Below, piece after piece: positions 1 through 17,268 of a stretch of 64,000 nt of DNA. The position numbers and the translations under genes are program-made. Under the pieces are notes generated by a model. The model saw nothing but the letters and a program-made list of their open reading frames with translations, was not told where the DNA came from and ran no database searches. Position 1 is the first letter of the stretch, and every line of letters begins with the position of its first letter. Origin of the DNA: Felis catus (lineage: Eukaryota); the NCBI RefSeq assembly GCF_018350175.1, contig NC_058381.1, positions 2,170,001-2,234,000 on the forward strand, read 5' to 3'.

Positions 1-134
1 CAGCATTATCTCAGATGTGAACCCCAAAACTAAATCATGACCCCCAAATACATCTTCTGATGCTGTCACTCCTGGGCCCCCAGCCCCAGGTTAGGCCTGC
101 CTAACCCCTCCCCACAAACTCATACCCTCCCCCC

Positions 135-801
135 NNNNNNNNNNNNNNNNNNNNNNNNNNNNNNNNNNNNNNNNNNNNNNNNNNNNNNNNNNNNNNNNNN
201 NNNNNNNNNNNNNNNNNNNNNNNNNNNNNNNNNNNNNNNNNNNNNNNNNNNNNNNNNNNNNNNNNNNNNNNNNNNNNNNNNNNNNNNNNNNNNNNNNNNN
301 NNNNNNNNNNNNNNNNNNNNNNNNNNNNNNNNNNNNNNNNNNNNNNNNNNNNNNGAANNNNNNNNNNNNNNNNNNNNNNNNNNNNNNNNNNNNNNNNNNN
401 NNNNNNNNNNNNNNNNNNNNNNNNNNNNNNNNNNNNNNNNNNNNNNNNNNNNNNNNNNNNNNNNNNNNNNNNNNNNNNNNNNNNNNNNNNNNNNNNNNNN
501 NNNNNNNNNNNNNNNNNNNNNNNNNNNNNNNNNNNNNNNNNNNNNNNNNNNNNNNNNNNNNNNNNNNNNNNNNNNNNNNNNNNNNNNNNNNNNNNNNNNN
601 NNNNNNNNNNNNNNNNNNNNNNNNNNNNNNNNNNNNNNNNNNNNNNNNNNNNNNNNNNNNNNNNNNNNNNNNNNNNNNNNNNNNNNNNNNNNNNNNNNNN
701 NNNNNNNNNNNNNNNNNNNNNNNNNNNNNNNNNNNNNNNNNNNNNNNNNNNNNNNNNNNNNNNNNNNNNNNNNNNNNNNNNNNNNNNNNNNNNNNNNNNN
801 N
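135..801. other. Assembly gap (others at 21015-21188, 23876-24007, 31028-31295)
   Basis: Runs of N; the first contains an isolated 3-base island GAA at 355-357. Confidence 0.99.
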
Positions 802-900
802 NGAGAGGCCCTGTGGCCAAGATGGAGGCCTGGCCGGGCACCAGCGCCGACGGCAGAGATGAGGAGGAGGGAGCACCCATGCTGGTTTAAATACTGGAGC
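802..900 (-). promoter_or_regulatory. DLG4: Probable DLG4 alpha-isoform core promoter/5' end
   Basis: Minus-strand TATTTAAA at 886-893 just upstream of the gap expected to hold alpha exon 1; inferred from position only. Confidence 0.4.
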
Positions 901-1211
901 CAGGCCCTGGCCGGGGGCAGGGTGTGAGGGAGGGGCTGGCAGGAGGGAATCCCTGGGGGGCTATTTGCCCCTCAGGATTCACAGGAGGAAGCCTGAAAAG
1001 TAATTTTGTCCTGGACTCTTTGGTGCCTGAAACTGGGGCAAAGAAAAGGGGGGGAGCGGGAGGAGGAAGGGCTGCAGGGTAGGAGAGAGAACATTCTCTG
1101 CACCCCTGACTCGGGATTTTGTCCCCAGGGCCCCCAAGTCTTCAACATTGGCTGTCTTCGCTCCAGCCCTGCCCGCTCCCCTGAGGCAGCGGCCCCACCT
1201 CACCCCCTTAC

Positions 1212-1833
<622 letters not shown>

Positions 1834-2679
1834 TTAATCTCCCTAATCCGCAGGGTTGGAGCTGAGCTGCCTTCTCCCCACCCAGTTCCAGCTGTTAGCC
1901 TAAGGAGGCAGTCTTATCTCCTCCTGGAACTTCCGCACCCTGGCCTCTCTCCCCAGAGCCACGGAGCCATGGATGAGAGTTCGCTACACCTTTCGAGGGG
2001 AGGAGGGAAGGGGACCCCCCCCAAGGAGGCTCCAGCCACCCCAAAGGAGAGGAAGCTGAGCCCAGATCTTTCCTTGGGGGGGGAGGGGGGTTTCCAGTAA
2101 GGATGGCAGAGAGGGGGTGTGAGTTACCGAGGACTCCTCGGCCCAGGGCTAGAGAAGTGGGGGCTGGGGGACGTGAGCACCCCTACAGCTCCTCACAGGC
2201 TGGGAAGCAACCAGAATGCCAGCCGTCTAGCCTGGGCACATGGTCTCAGGAACAAGGGCAGACAGAGACAGGCGTTCAGGAAGGTCTCAGAGGCCCTCAA
2301 GGGGAGGCAGCGAATTGGCAGAAGGGAGGGGACGGTCCTACGCTGAAAATTCAGGTGTTTCCAAAGTTAGTGACACCTCCTAGGTCTCAGGAGAAATGTG
2401 CTTGGGACACTCGCCCTGCAGCTGGAGCCCCCCACCCCACCATGTCCCTGCCTTTCGTGTGGGTGGAGACGGATTTCACAAGGGACCCCAATGGGTCGTC
2501 TTTCCGTGCCTCTGCCTCTGACATCTATCGTAAGCTTCTTCCTTCCCACCTCTCCCTTCCAACTCCACCTGGGAAGTCCTCCTTTCCGTCTACCCTCCAT
2601 CCCTCTGGCTGCGGTCGCCTAAGCCTCTCCCTCTTCCGTCCCAGCCGGTCCCATCACCCCTCCCACACTCTAGGTGGGA

Positions 2680-2929
2680 CAGGCGGGACCTGGCGTTTGG
2701 GGGAGGCGGGGACGTTCGGAGACCGCCCTAGGTCAACCAGAATACAGAGGCCGAGGGCGCACCGGAACTACAGCTCCCGGCATGCCCCGAGGCCGGAAGC
2801 CCCGCCCGCCCACCTCGCGGTGCATTGTGGAGCAAGAGTCAAGACTAGGTGGGGGCGCCCAGACTCGGGCAGACGGGACCGCGGCGCTGGTTCCGCGCTC
2901 TAGGCGGCGGCGGCTCGAGCGGTTCGAAG
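2680..2929. promoter_or_regulatory. DLG4-beta/ACADVL head-to-head CpG-island promoter
   Basis: CpG-rich; ZNF143/THAP11-type motif ACTACAGCTCCCGGCATGCCCCG at 2767-2789 and ETS-like CCGGAAG at ~2793; the divergent start codons are at 1816 and 2930. Confidence 0.75.
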
Positions 2930-8260
<5,331 letters not shown>

Positions 8261-8504
8261 GGACTCCCCGCCACCTGCCCGCCGGCCCCCCCTGTGCCTT
8301 CTCCCAAGCCAAAGCCCAGCCCCCTCGTTCTGCCTTAAGGAGGGCCTGGCCCCCGGGCGGCGGCTGCTCTCGGCGGCCCACTGCCTGCCTCACAAGTAAA
8401 GGTTCTCACCAGCCGTGCCTCGCTGCTGCCTCAGTTCTCTCCCTCACTGCCTGCCTCCCTCCCAAAGAAAGGAGCCAGAGGCGTGCGCAGTTGGCCTCTA
8501 TTGC

Positions 8505-8510
8505 TTTATT
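8505..8510 (-). terminator. DVL2 polyadenylation signal AATAAA
   Basis: TTTATT on the + strand, ~530 nt past the DVL2 stop. Confidence 0.7.
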
Positions 8511-9035
8511 TGGTGTCTTATACAGGTGACTAAATAAATAGAGTAACAAAAGCAGCTACACGGGCCCCCGAGACCGAACACCCCACCTTCCTTTGCTGTC
8601 TAGGGTGCCCAGCCCTTCCTCCTCCCAGGGTACCGCTGACCACCGCTACCCTGCACAGGACAGAGTTGGACGGACAGAGGAGGAGGTCACATTTCGGGGT
8701 TGGGAAGGGCCCAGGAGATAGAGGTTCTTCGTATAAAAAGAGAAACATCTACTAAAAAAAATACTCCGAAAAACGTACGAAAGTCTACTTCAACCCCCCC
8801 CCCCAAAAGGCGTACAAAAACAGTAAAGCTAAAAATAACCCAAGGTCCCTTGCGCACCCCCGGAGGGAAAGGGGAGGAACCAGGCACTGCTGGTGAGAGT
8901 CCCAGGGGCGGCCGCCTCCCAGCAGCCCACAGGCCGGGCTGAGCTGGGCCAGAGGAGTGCCAGGCACGTGACGGACGAGACCCCTGGCACAGGACAGAAG
9001 CACCAAGCGCTGACTGGACAGGCCCGCCACGTGCT

Positions 9036-12000
9036 CTACATGACATCCACAAAGAACTCACTGGGGTTGCCCATGGCCATGTGGAAGCTCTGGCGGCTGG
9101 CGGTCAGCTCCGGGGGCACAGAGCCCAGGTCTCTGACCGGAGGGGCCCCCGGGGGCTGCACTGCTGGAGGCACGGGGGGCGGGGGCGGGGGCACCATGAC
9201 CACCATCATGGGATTGTAGGGGAGGGCCATGCCAGGGGGTGGTCCGTAGGGATGCAGCCCGGGGTGGGCTCGGAGATTGGGCGCGCCCCCCGAAGAGCCT
9301 CTGGAAGGGGGCGGGCCCCCATCACCAGCCCCACCAGGGTCCCCGCCCCGCCGAAGGCTGCCCCCCCGGGTGGAAGGCTCGGACTCACTGCCGCTACCGG
9401 ACTTGGACTCGGGGGCCCGCTCCTCGGGCCTCCCCGTACGCCCCGCCCCCCCGTCGCTCCGTGTTGACCCACTGCTCCGGCTCCCTGTGGGGTGGAGGAG
9501 GGGAGGCCAACTGAGCCCTAGCCCAGCGGCCCCGGGTCACCCCCCCCCCCCCCCCCCCGCCCCAGCCTCTCCTGCCTGCATCCCCCCCGCCGCTGGCGTC
9601 TGGCCGCGACTTACCCTCGCTGTGCTGGCTGCTGGCACTGCCCCCGCCATAGGTGTAGGATGAGAGCTCGTGGTAGGGTGGCGGCTGGGGGCTGTATGGG
9701 TGCGGGGCCGGGTACTGGTAGGAGAAGGTGGGCAGCAGGGGCCACGGGGTCGCCCCAGGCAGAGGGGCCAAGGTGTCCTGGTCCGAAGCCCCGCTGGAAC
9801 CGTCATCGTTCAGGGACAGGTTGACCAGGTCTGGAGAGCGAGAGGGAGACCGGGAGTCACTGCTTCCAGTGGCCAGGACGCAAAGATGGTGAACGGAGGG
9901 AAACTGGGCACTGCTTCCCCAGAACCATCCACGACGGGGGGCGGAGACGAGGGCCTCTGACAGGAAACACCGACCCCTCTGCCGCGGTCAGGGCAGAGCT
10001 CACCCAGGGCCCCGAGTCCCACGCTCTCCTGAGACTCAGGAGACTCCGCTCCCCCCAGCACACAGCCCTGCGCGTGGCGCTCGGCTTGAGAGGCAGGACG
10101 CAAGTGGACGTTGGCCGGGGCGGGGCCTGACGCAGGACACACACTGCTCAAGTGACCACGGGCACCCTGGCGGGCTGTGGGCCGGAGACAGGAAGGGGCG
10201 GGGATGGGGGCGAGGGGGGGGGGGCACTTACAGCTCTCACAGCCGCCACTGAGGTCCCCGAACACGTAATAGCACTGCTCAGAGAAGGTGATTTTGTTCA
10301 CCGTGTGTCGGATGAGGCCAGCCTTGAGCAGCCCGCTGGCGTATTTGCGGGCCTCCCGGCGCTCAGGAAAGCCTTCCACGTGATGGTAAAGCCAGTCAAC
10401 TACGTCCGAGCCTGGGGGCGCACGGAGCAGAAAAAGCGCTCAGGTTTTCCTCCCGGACTGCTGCCTCACCCCTGCCTGGGCCCTTCCCAGCCTGGGCCTC
10501 CTGCCCCGCCCCCTCCCCAGCACCACCTGCCCAGAGACCGGAGCTACCCAGGAAGGCGTTAGGGATGGTGATCTTGAGCCACATGCGGTCCCGAACTTCC
10601 AGTCCAGATTCGGGAGCTGCCATGGCCTTGGTCACAGACGCCATGTCTGTGTGGATGGAGAGACCCCGGCCCTCACAACCTGTCAGAGAAAGGAGACGGC
10701 AGGGTAGGGCCCCAGCACCACGGAGAGGCCTCCCGGGGAGGGGAGAGAGGCGGGGCTGGGGGCTCACCGTCAGGCAGAGAGGACCCCGATGTCATGGTGC
10801 TCATGGACGAGGAGCCCGGATAGGCTGGGAAGGTGCCCGTCAGCGCGGCGGAGTGGGACACCCAGGCAGCGGGGTCAATGGGCTGGATGGGCTCATCTGG
10901 GACAGAGGAGGCCCCCCGAGACGGATGCTTCCCCGGCCCTCCCCGACTCAGACTCCCATCCCGCCTCCCTCCCGACCCTCCCCCACCGCCTCCCGCCACG
11001 CAGAGGCCCAACCCCGACCCCTGCTCTCTTGCCCAGGCAGCCACAGACCCTCCCCGGCGCCACTCACTCCGAGGAAGGGTGAAGTAGGCCTGGGGAGAGG
11101 GATCCCAGCACTTGGCCACCGTCAGCACGATGGGGCTGTGGGAGGGGAGAAGCGGTCAGGCGGGGGTGGCTGGCAAGGGCTCGGGAGTGTGCGGGCCTGG
11201 AACTAACAGGCTGAGGGACAGGACGGAGAAAACACCAGAGACTGAGGGACCCACCAACACAGACTAGTCTAGAAATGCCGCTGAGTGTAAGTCCGGGAAC
11301 CTGAAAGCTAACCGATGTGGTTCACGAACCCACATACACGCGTGCGCACGCACACGAGGTGGGGGGACCGAATGGAGCAGTGACAGCAAGGCAAGAGAAC
11401 GATGCCCTCCGGGGAGACCGAGGACGGGGCGTCGGAGGCGCCGGCCACCTTCTAGGTCACGATCTGAGCCGGGCTCACACAGGCACCCCCACGCCACGGT
11501 TACTTGTCACGTCACACGGTCCCACCTCGCGCTCTCGGGACACGCGTGATGTCACGCCCCCGCTAACCGAGACGCCGCCACCACTAGGAGAGCAGACCCA
11601 GGCCGGGCCAGCGGCTCACCCCGGCTTGTGCACGATGTCCCGCAGCACCCGCACCGCGTCGTCATTGCTCATGTTCTCGAAGTTCACGTCGTTCACCTGG
11701 AAGCCGGGCCAGCGGGTCAGAGGCCGCCGGGGCCCCCAAGCCTACCCCCCGCCCCGGGGCCCGGGACCAGCGCACCTGCAGCAACATGTCGCCCGGCTCG
11801 ATGCGCCCGTCGGCCGCCACGGCGCCCCCCTTCATGATGGAGCCGATGTAGATGCCGCCGTCGCCCCGCTCGTTGCTCTGGCCCACGATGGAGATGCCCA
11901 GGAAGTTGTACTTCTCTGCGGAGGGGGCGCGGGTGACCGGGGGCAGCCCGCCGCGCGCCCCCCGGGCCCCCGCAGACCCGGCCCCCGCCCGGGCTCCCCC

Positions 12001-15000
12001 GTACCCATGTTGAGCGTGACCGTGATGATGTTGAGGGACATGGTGGAGTCGGTGACGCTGCTGAAGGACGAGGCCTGTCGGGGAAACGGGGAAGGAGCCG
12101 CACTGCCTCCGACGGCCCAGGGACGGGCCCTGGGGTGCTCGCTTCCTGTGCCCTCGTACCCCCTGGACCGAGGCCCCCGACTTCTCCGAGGGCCAGCTGT
12201 CCCGTGAGAGCCCCCTCACCCTCTCCAGGCGGGGCGGCCGCTGCTTCCTCCGCCGCCGGTGGCGCTTCAGGAGGCGGGAGGCGCTGCTCTGCTCCGTGGA
12301 GCTGCTGAACCTGTCGGGAGGCGGAGGCGGTCACGGGGTGGGGGGGTGGGGGGGTGGGGGAAAGGGGAGGGAGGGAGGGTGGGCAGAGGAGGGACAGGAG
12401 GAGGAGGAGGACAGGAGGATGGGCGGTGCCCTACCTGCTCATGGTGTCGTCGTCGTCAGAGTCGCCCAGGCTGGTGCTCTCCAGCTCGCTGGTCATGAGC
12501 GTCGAGGAGCTCTCGTACCCGGCCAGGTGGCGCTCCAGCCTCGAGGGGCCGCCAGGCCTGTGGCCCCCCGCTGAGCATGAACAGGAACCTCAGGAAGCTG
12601 TCCCCCCTCCTCACTCCCACCACCGCCCTCCCCGGGCTCCCGGAGGACCCGGCCTCGGGCCCGCCCCCCCTCACCGCCATGCTCACTGCTGTCTCTCCTG
12701 CGAGGCCGTTCCCGCCGCAGAGACACCACCGACTCCGTTTCCGTCTCGGGCTCCAGGTTTTCCCGGCTGCTGGACACGTTAGGGCTGGACGGGCAGAGAC
12801 GGTTCGCAGCCCGCATCAGTGGGCTGGGGCTCCACGTCCTCGACTCCCTCCCCTGGACTCAAGGATCCCCAATCTCACTGGAAGGATGGAGGTCTGGAGT
12901 CGCCAATGCCACTGGTCCTCTCCGGCGGCAAAGGGGGTAACGGTGGCGGCGGTGGCGCCAGCTCGGCCCGAGGCTCGTGGGCTGGGGGAGCCACCTCGGG
13001 TTGGGGGTTATCCGATGACACCAGCTGAAAAGTACAAAGACAGAAACTGGCTCGACCGGGAAGTGAGGCGTCCCAGGACGGGGAGAGGGGCAGGGGGTGG
13101 GTCTGAGCGAGGACGGGGCTTGGGATGAGCACAGAGAGAGCAGGAGCTGGCAGTACGGGCCCCAGAGGAGGCTGATGGGCCGCGGCTGGCTCTCCAAGCC
13201 GCCGAGGAAGCAAAGAGCCAGGGCCTCCAACGAGTGGGCCGGGGACACTGAGGCTCAGAGCGCCTGGCGGCGTGAGAGGGACGGCCGCTCACCCAGGACA
13301 CCACCCTTCCGTTGAAGCAGGGGAGGCGGGCGCTGTCATCTGAAATCTCCTCCTTCACCACCCTGCCGAGAGAGGGCACAAAGGCCGGTGAGACTGGCCT
13401 CACCACCCCCCCAACACACCCCCAATTCAAACCTCCTGAACCGCATCCATGGAGCTCGGGGGCGCCGACTTTCTCCAGCCCTGACCCAGTCCTCTTCCCT
13501 GACGCTGAAACCCTTCGCTTGCGCACCTACGGGGTCTCCCCATTCGCTCCCCTTCCTTCCTTCTCTCCCCAACTCATCCTCCGGGCTCAATGCTGCTCCA
13601 AAGATTTCCTGGGGTCCGCTTCCAACTTCTCACTCGGATCTCAGAGACCGTCCTGTCCCCTTGGGTGACCCTACAGGTAGGTCTGTCTCACCTTGGGAGC
13701 CTTGCCGGCACCTCCCCCAACCCCCACCCCACTCCTCACACCCTGTCCCCAAAACCTTTGGCCCCGAAGCCTCTAGTCTCACGTTTTCCTTGCTTCTCTC
13801 TCTCTCTCTCCCTCCCAGAGAGCTCTCCAAATGGGCTACTTTTCCCCACGTGAAAACACCCGCTAGACCAAAAATGGTACCTCCTCACTAGGCGGGGCCC
13901 TCCCAGGGACAGACAAACCCCAGCCATGACCCGCACCCCCCGTGCTTCCCACAGGTCTCTGCACCAAGCAACCTGTCTTGCCTGACAGACCCCAAAGCCC
14001 AGCGTCAGGATGGACACGACTCGCTCCTTCTTCTCACCCACCACGTGAAATCACGGCCGCCTGTTCTGTTCGGCACCCTGTCCTGGCCACACAGCGACAG
14101 ACCGGACACTTGTTAAGCATCAACAAACGGTTGAATAAATACACGAACTACGAGAATCTCTGCCCTCAACGGGTTCTCTCTCTCACACGCACACATTCTC
14201 ACCTCCAAATTCGAACAGCCTGTCTCATTAACCCTCTGGCTTAACGTGGTTCTAGAAGCCTGGATATGTGACATCTTAATCCCATTTGTTACCAATGGGA
14301 CAACTCAGCCCAATCACTGTCAATCAATCTCGATACAACACAGGATGTTTTGTAACATAATTCAGTCTCTGCGTAACCTAGTCTGGCAAATCACTTCGTC
14401 TTACGTCACACCATAACCTCGCTTATGGACAGGTCAGACCCGACATTATCATCGACGGTACCAACTTACTGAAAAGCTACTGTGCGCCATGCACCTATGT
14501 GAGATTTTCTACACTAACTACGTCAACATACTGCTAACGAACAGTAGAACCTTGATTTAAATCCCAGCCAAGTCCCAGGGGGCGCCTGGGTGGCTGGGTT
14601 GGTTGAGCATCCAACTTCGGCTCAGGTCGTGATCTCACGGTTCCTGGGTTCGAGCTCCACATCGGGCTCGCTGCTGTCAGTGCAGAGCCTGCTTCAGATC
14701 CTCTGCTCCCCATCTCTTTCCCCCTCCCCCTCTTTCTCTTTCCGTCTCTCTCTCTCTCAAAATCAACCAATCAATCAGTCAACCCCAGGTAACTCCCAAG
14801 ATAATACCGCCTTCCCAACATCCAACAAACAGTCTTTCTCGGTAGAAGCCAGTCTGTTCAGCTATCCATAGAAGCCAGACTGCCCCAGTCTAATCCAGCC
14901 TGCCTTCAAGAGCTGAAGGTGGAGGGCTCCGTCTCAAGAGCTATAAACCCAAAAGGGCTCGCTGTGTATTAAAAATCCTAGTCGAGTCCAGAATGACCCA

Positions 15001-15941
15001 AATTACTCCAGAATAGCCCAATATATTTTAGAAACAGCCGAGAATGTCCTCACATGCAGCTGTCTGTACCAATATAGAGCGGATTATCCCTATGCAGTTA
15101 TCTGTACTAGCATAGACCCCCCACCAAAGCCCTGCTTGTCTGCCCCTGTACTGAGGCTCAATAAAAACCAAACCCCAGCAAAAACTAACATCAACCAATA
15201 CAACCCAGTAGAAACCAGGGTGGCCCAAGTTTTTCCCAGACAGTCTCATCTACCCCATGGCAGCCTAGAACATCCCAATACAGCATTCTTTGCATTAGTA
15301 CATACCAGAACGTCCCCAAACAATCCTGTCTGCTCTAATGCAGTCCAGGATGTCCCAAATTGTCCCAACACAAATCAATCTATACCCGAAGATTCCACGA
15401 CATCCCTCATAGCCTGTGTGCTACAGGACTGCTCGGAATACAGGACGGGTGAATTCAGCACCTCCCCAAATAAAGCACTGTGTCCCACTCTATTCCAGGA
15501 TAGCCTAATCTCCCCTAATCTGGTTTAGCACAGCCCAGTCTGTCGTCCTACAGCGCCGAGCGCCCCAATCTGTCCAAGCATAACCTTGTCCGTCCTGGGA
15601 TAGGCAATCTAACCCCAGCATAACACAATCTGCTCCACTAGAACCCAGAAAACCCAGTACGGCCCAGAGCAGACCTGTGCCCCTCGATATTGCCCAATCC
15701 ACGCCAGCACGGCCCCCCATCGGCTGCAATCTAGGCCTCGCGCTCACCCGAAATCCTGATCCATTGACTTGAAAAAGTACTTAGCGCCCGCGGGCCGCTG
15801 CAGGACGCTCTTGAAATCGCCCAGGGTGATGCGCTCCGCGGGGACGGGAATCTTCACCAGGTACGGGGTCTCTTCTTCATCCAGGTGGTAAATCACCTTC
15901 GTCTCCCCGACACCACCGCCCCCCGCGCCGCTGCCCGCCAT
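9036..15941 (-). CDS. DVL2: Dishevelled-2, 15 exons, 735 aa
   Basis: Exons 15941-15748, 13362-13293, 13024-12879, 12784-12675, 12570-12435, 12310-12220, 12074-12005, 11915-11776, 11696-11620, 11135-11068, 10896-10768, 10679-10548, 10411-10232, 9830-9615, 9484-9036 (2208 nt). DIX ([18 protein letters not shown]), PDZ ([13 protein letters not shown]) and DEP ([14 protein letters not shown]) domains; C-terminus EFFVDVM*. Confidence 0.98.
14578..14775 (+). mobile_element. Can-SINE in DVL2 intron 1
   Basis: GGGGCGCCTGGGTGGCT head, GGTTCGAGC B-box-like segment, CT-rich tract. Confidence 0.9.
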
Positions 15942-16150
15942 GGTCTCGCCCGCGCGCTCCCGGGCTCCGCCGCCCACCCAAAGGGGCGAAGCGCCCCCGC
16001 CGCGCCTGCGCACACCCGCCACCCGACGCGCGAGGCGACCAGGACCGGCCCGGCGCCGGAGAGGGGCAGCGGGGCGGAGGGCGGGGGGCAGCGGGGTGGC
16101 GGCCGAGGGAAGGGGGGACGGGCCGTAGGGCTCGACCCGAGGCCGTAGAC

Positions 16151-16209
16151 GCCGCCGCCGCCTCCTCCGCCGCCGCCGCCGCCGCCGCCGCCGCGCGCCA
16201 CCGCCGCCG
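16151..16209. repeat. Interrupted (GCC/CGG)n repeat at DVL2 5'UTR/TSS
   Basis: GCCGCCGCCGCCTCCTCC(GCC)n run seen directly. Confidence 0.85.
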
Positions 16210-16249
16210 ACGTCGCGGGCGCCCTTCAGCACCCCGCCCACCTCTCCCC

Positions 16250-16345
16250 ATGTCACGTGGTCCGCGTCGGCCCGCCCTCCGCCACGTGACCCCTCCCGGT
16301 CACGTGACCTCCCGGCTCCTCCCAGGGCCCCTGACACGTGATCGT
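16250..16345. promoter_or_regulatory. DVL2 promoter cluster of four CACGTG E-boxes
   Basis: CACGTG at 16254, 16283, 16301 (within palindrome GGTCACGTGACC) and 16335. Confidence 0.75.
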
Positions 16346-16693
16346 TGCTTTCAGCAACGGTCTCCCAACCCTCAACGGCCCCGCCCCCGAATGTGTCCCC
16401 ACCCGCGTCCACCCGGCCTCTGCCTCCCCCCGGCCCCCCCCAGCACCCACCCTGCTCTGCTCCGCTCAGGCGGGGTGCTCAGAGCAAGTCTGATCCCCCG
16501 GAGCGTGCGTGTCGGGGGAGCGGATGAGGGGGCGTGGGGGTCCCGGACTGGGGGGAGGGGGGAAGGCGCGCCGCCAGGTCGTGGAGGTGGGTTTCGGCCC
16601 CACTCCCAGCCAGTCTTCGGTCAGCTTTTCCCAAGCCTCCCTCCCAAGCAGGAGAGTCAGTGAGGGCTATAAACACAAAAGAGCCCACTCCGC

Positions 16694-16699
16694 TTTATT
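16694..16699 (-). terminator. PHF23 polyadenylation signal AATAAA
   Basis: TTTATT on the + strand, ~570 nt past the PHF23 stop. Confidence 0.7.
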
Positions 16700-17268
16700 T
16701 ACAACACGCAGGCTGTCTGTACAAACAGCTGGCCGACGGTATTAAAAACAAAAGAGGTGAGTGAGTCCCGTCACCTTTCTGTTTTCCTTCCTCCCCTCGG
16801 CCAGGCTCTGGTTGGCCCTCCACGTCCGAGCTGCCCTGCCCGAAAGGGGAAGGCCGAAATTAAAACTACAACCGGTGTAGAATAAATGGGGAGTGAGAGA
16901 AAAGACGAGGAAGGGGAGGGGGGTGCTGTATTTACACTCGAGTTTTACAGACAACTGTCCCGTTCCACCCCAATTCCAACGCTGGCCCACAAGGTGAGGG
17001 GTGGCAGGTCTAAGGGGGCAGAAATGAAGTGTCGAGGGACCCAGACGGCCTCCCACCCCCAACCGTAATGGGTCCACGTTCAAGTCCACAAGGTGGGAAG
17101 GAAAGGTAAGGTTGGAGCCGAGACACTCATTTCCAAACCAGCCTCCCTCGGGTGTTCCTGCCTTTGAAGTGGGACAATATCCAAGCTCCAGGGGACATAC
17201 TGAGGACCCCGAGGCTCAGTTCCCAAGTCCTGTTGTCATTTGGAAGTCCCAGCCTAGAGATGGCGATG

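Noticed and set aside
91-880. Long ORFs spanning N-runs (also around 21000, 23900 and 31100)
   Set aside because: They are open only because N codons contain no stops.
2103-2903. 266-aa + strand ORF upstream of ACADVL
   Set aside because: No recognisable domain; it lies in GC-rich promoter/DLG4 5'UTR sequence where long ORFs arise by chance.
8687-9472. Alternative-frame ORFs in the DVL2 last exon/3'UTR (Robinow-type frameshift suspicion)
   Set aside because: The main frame is intact from 9484 to the stop at 9036; no frameshift is present.
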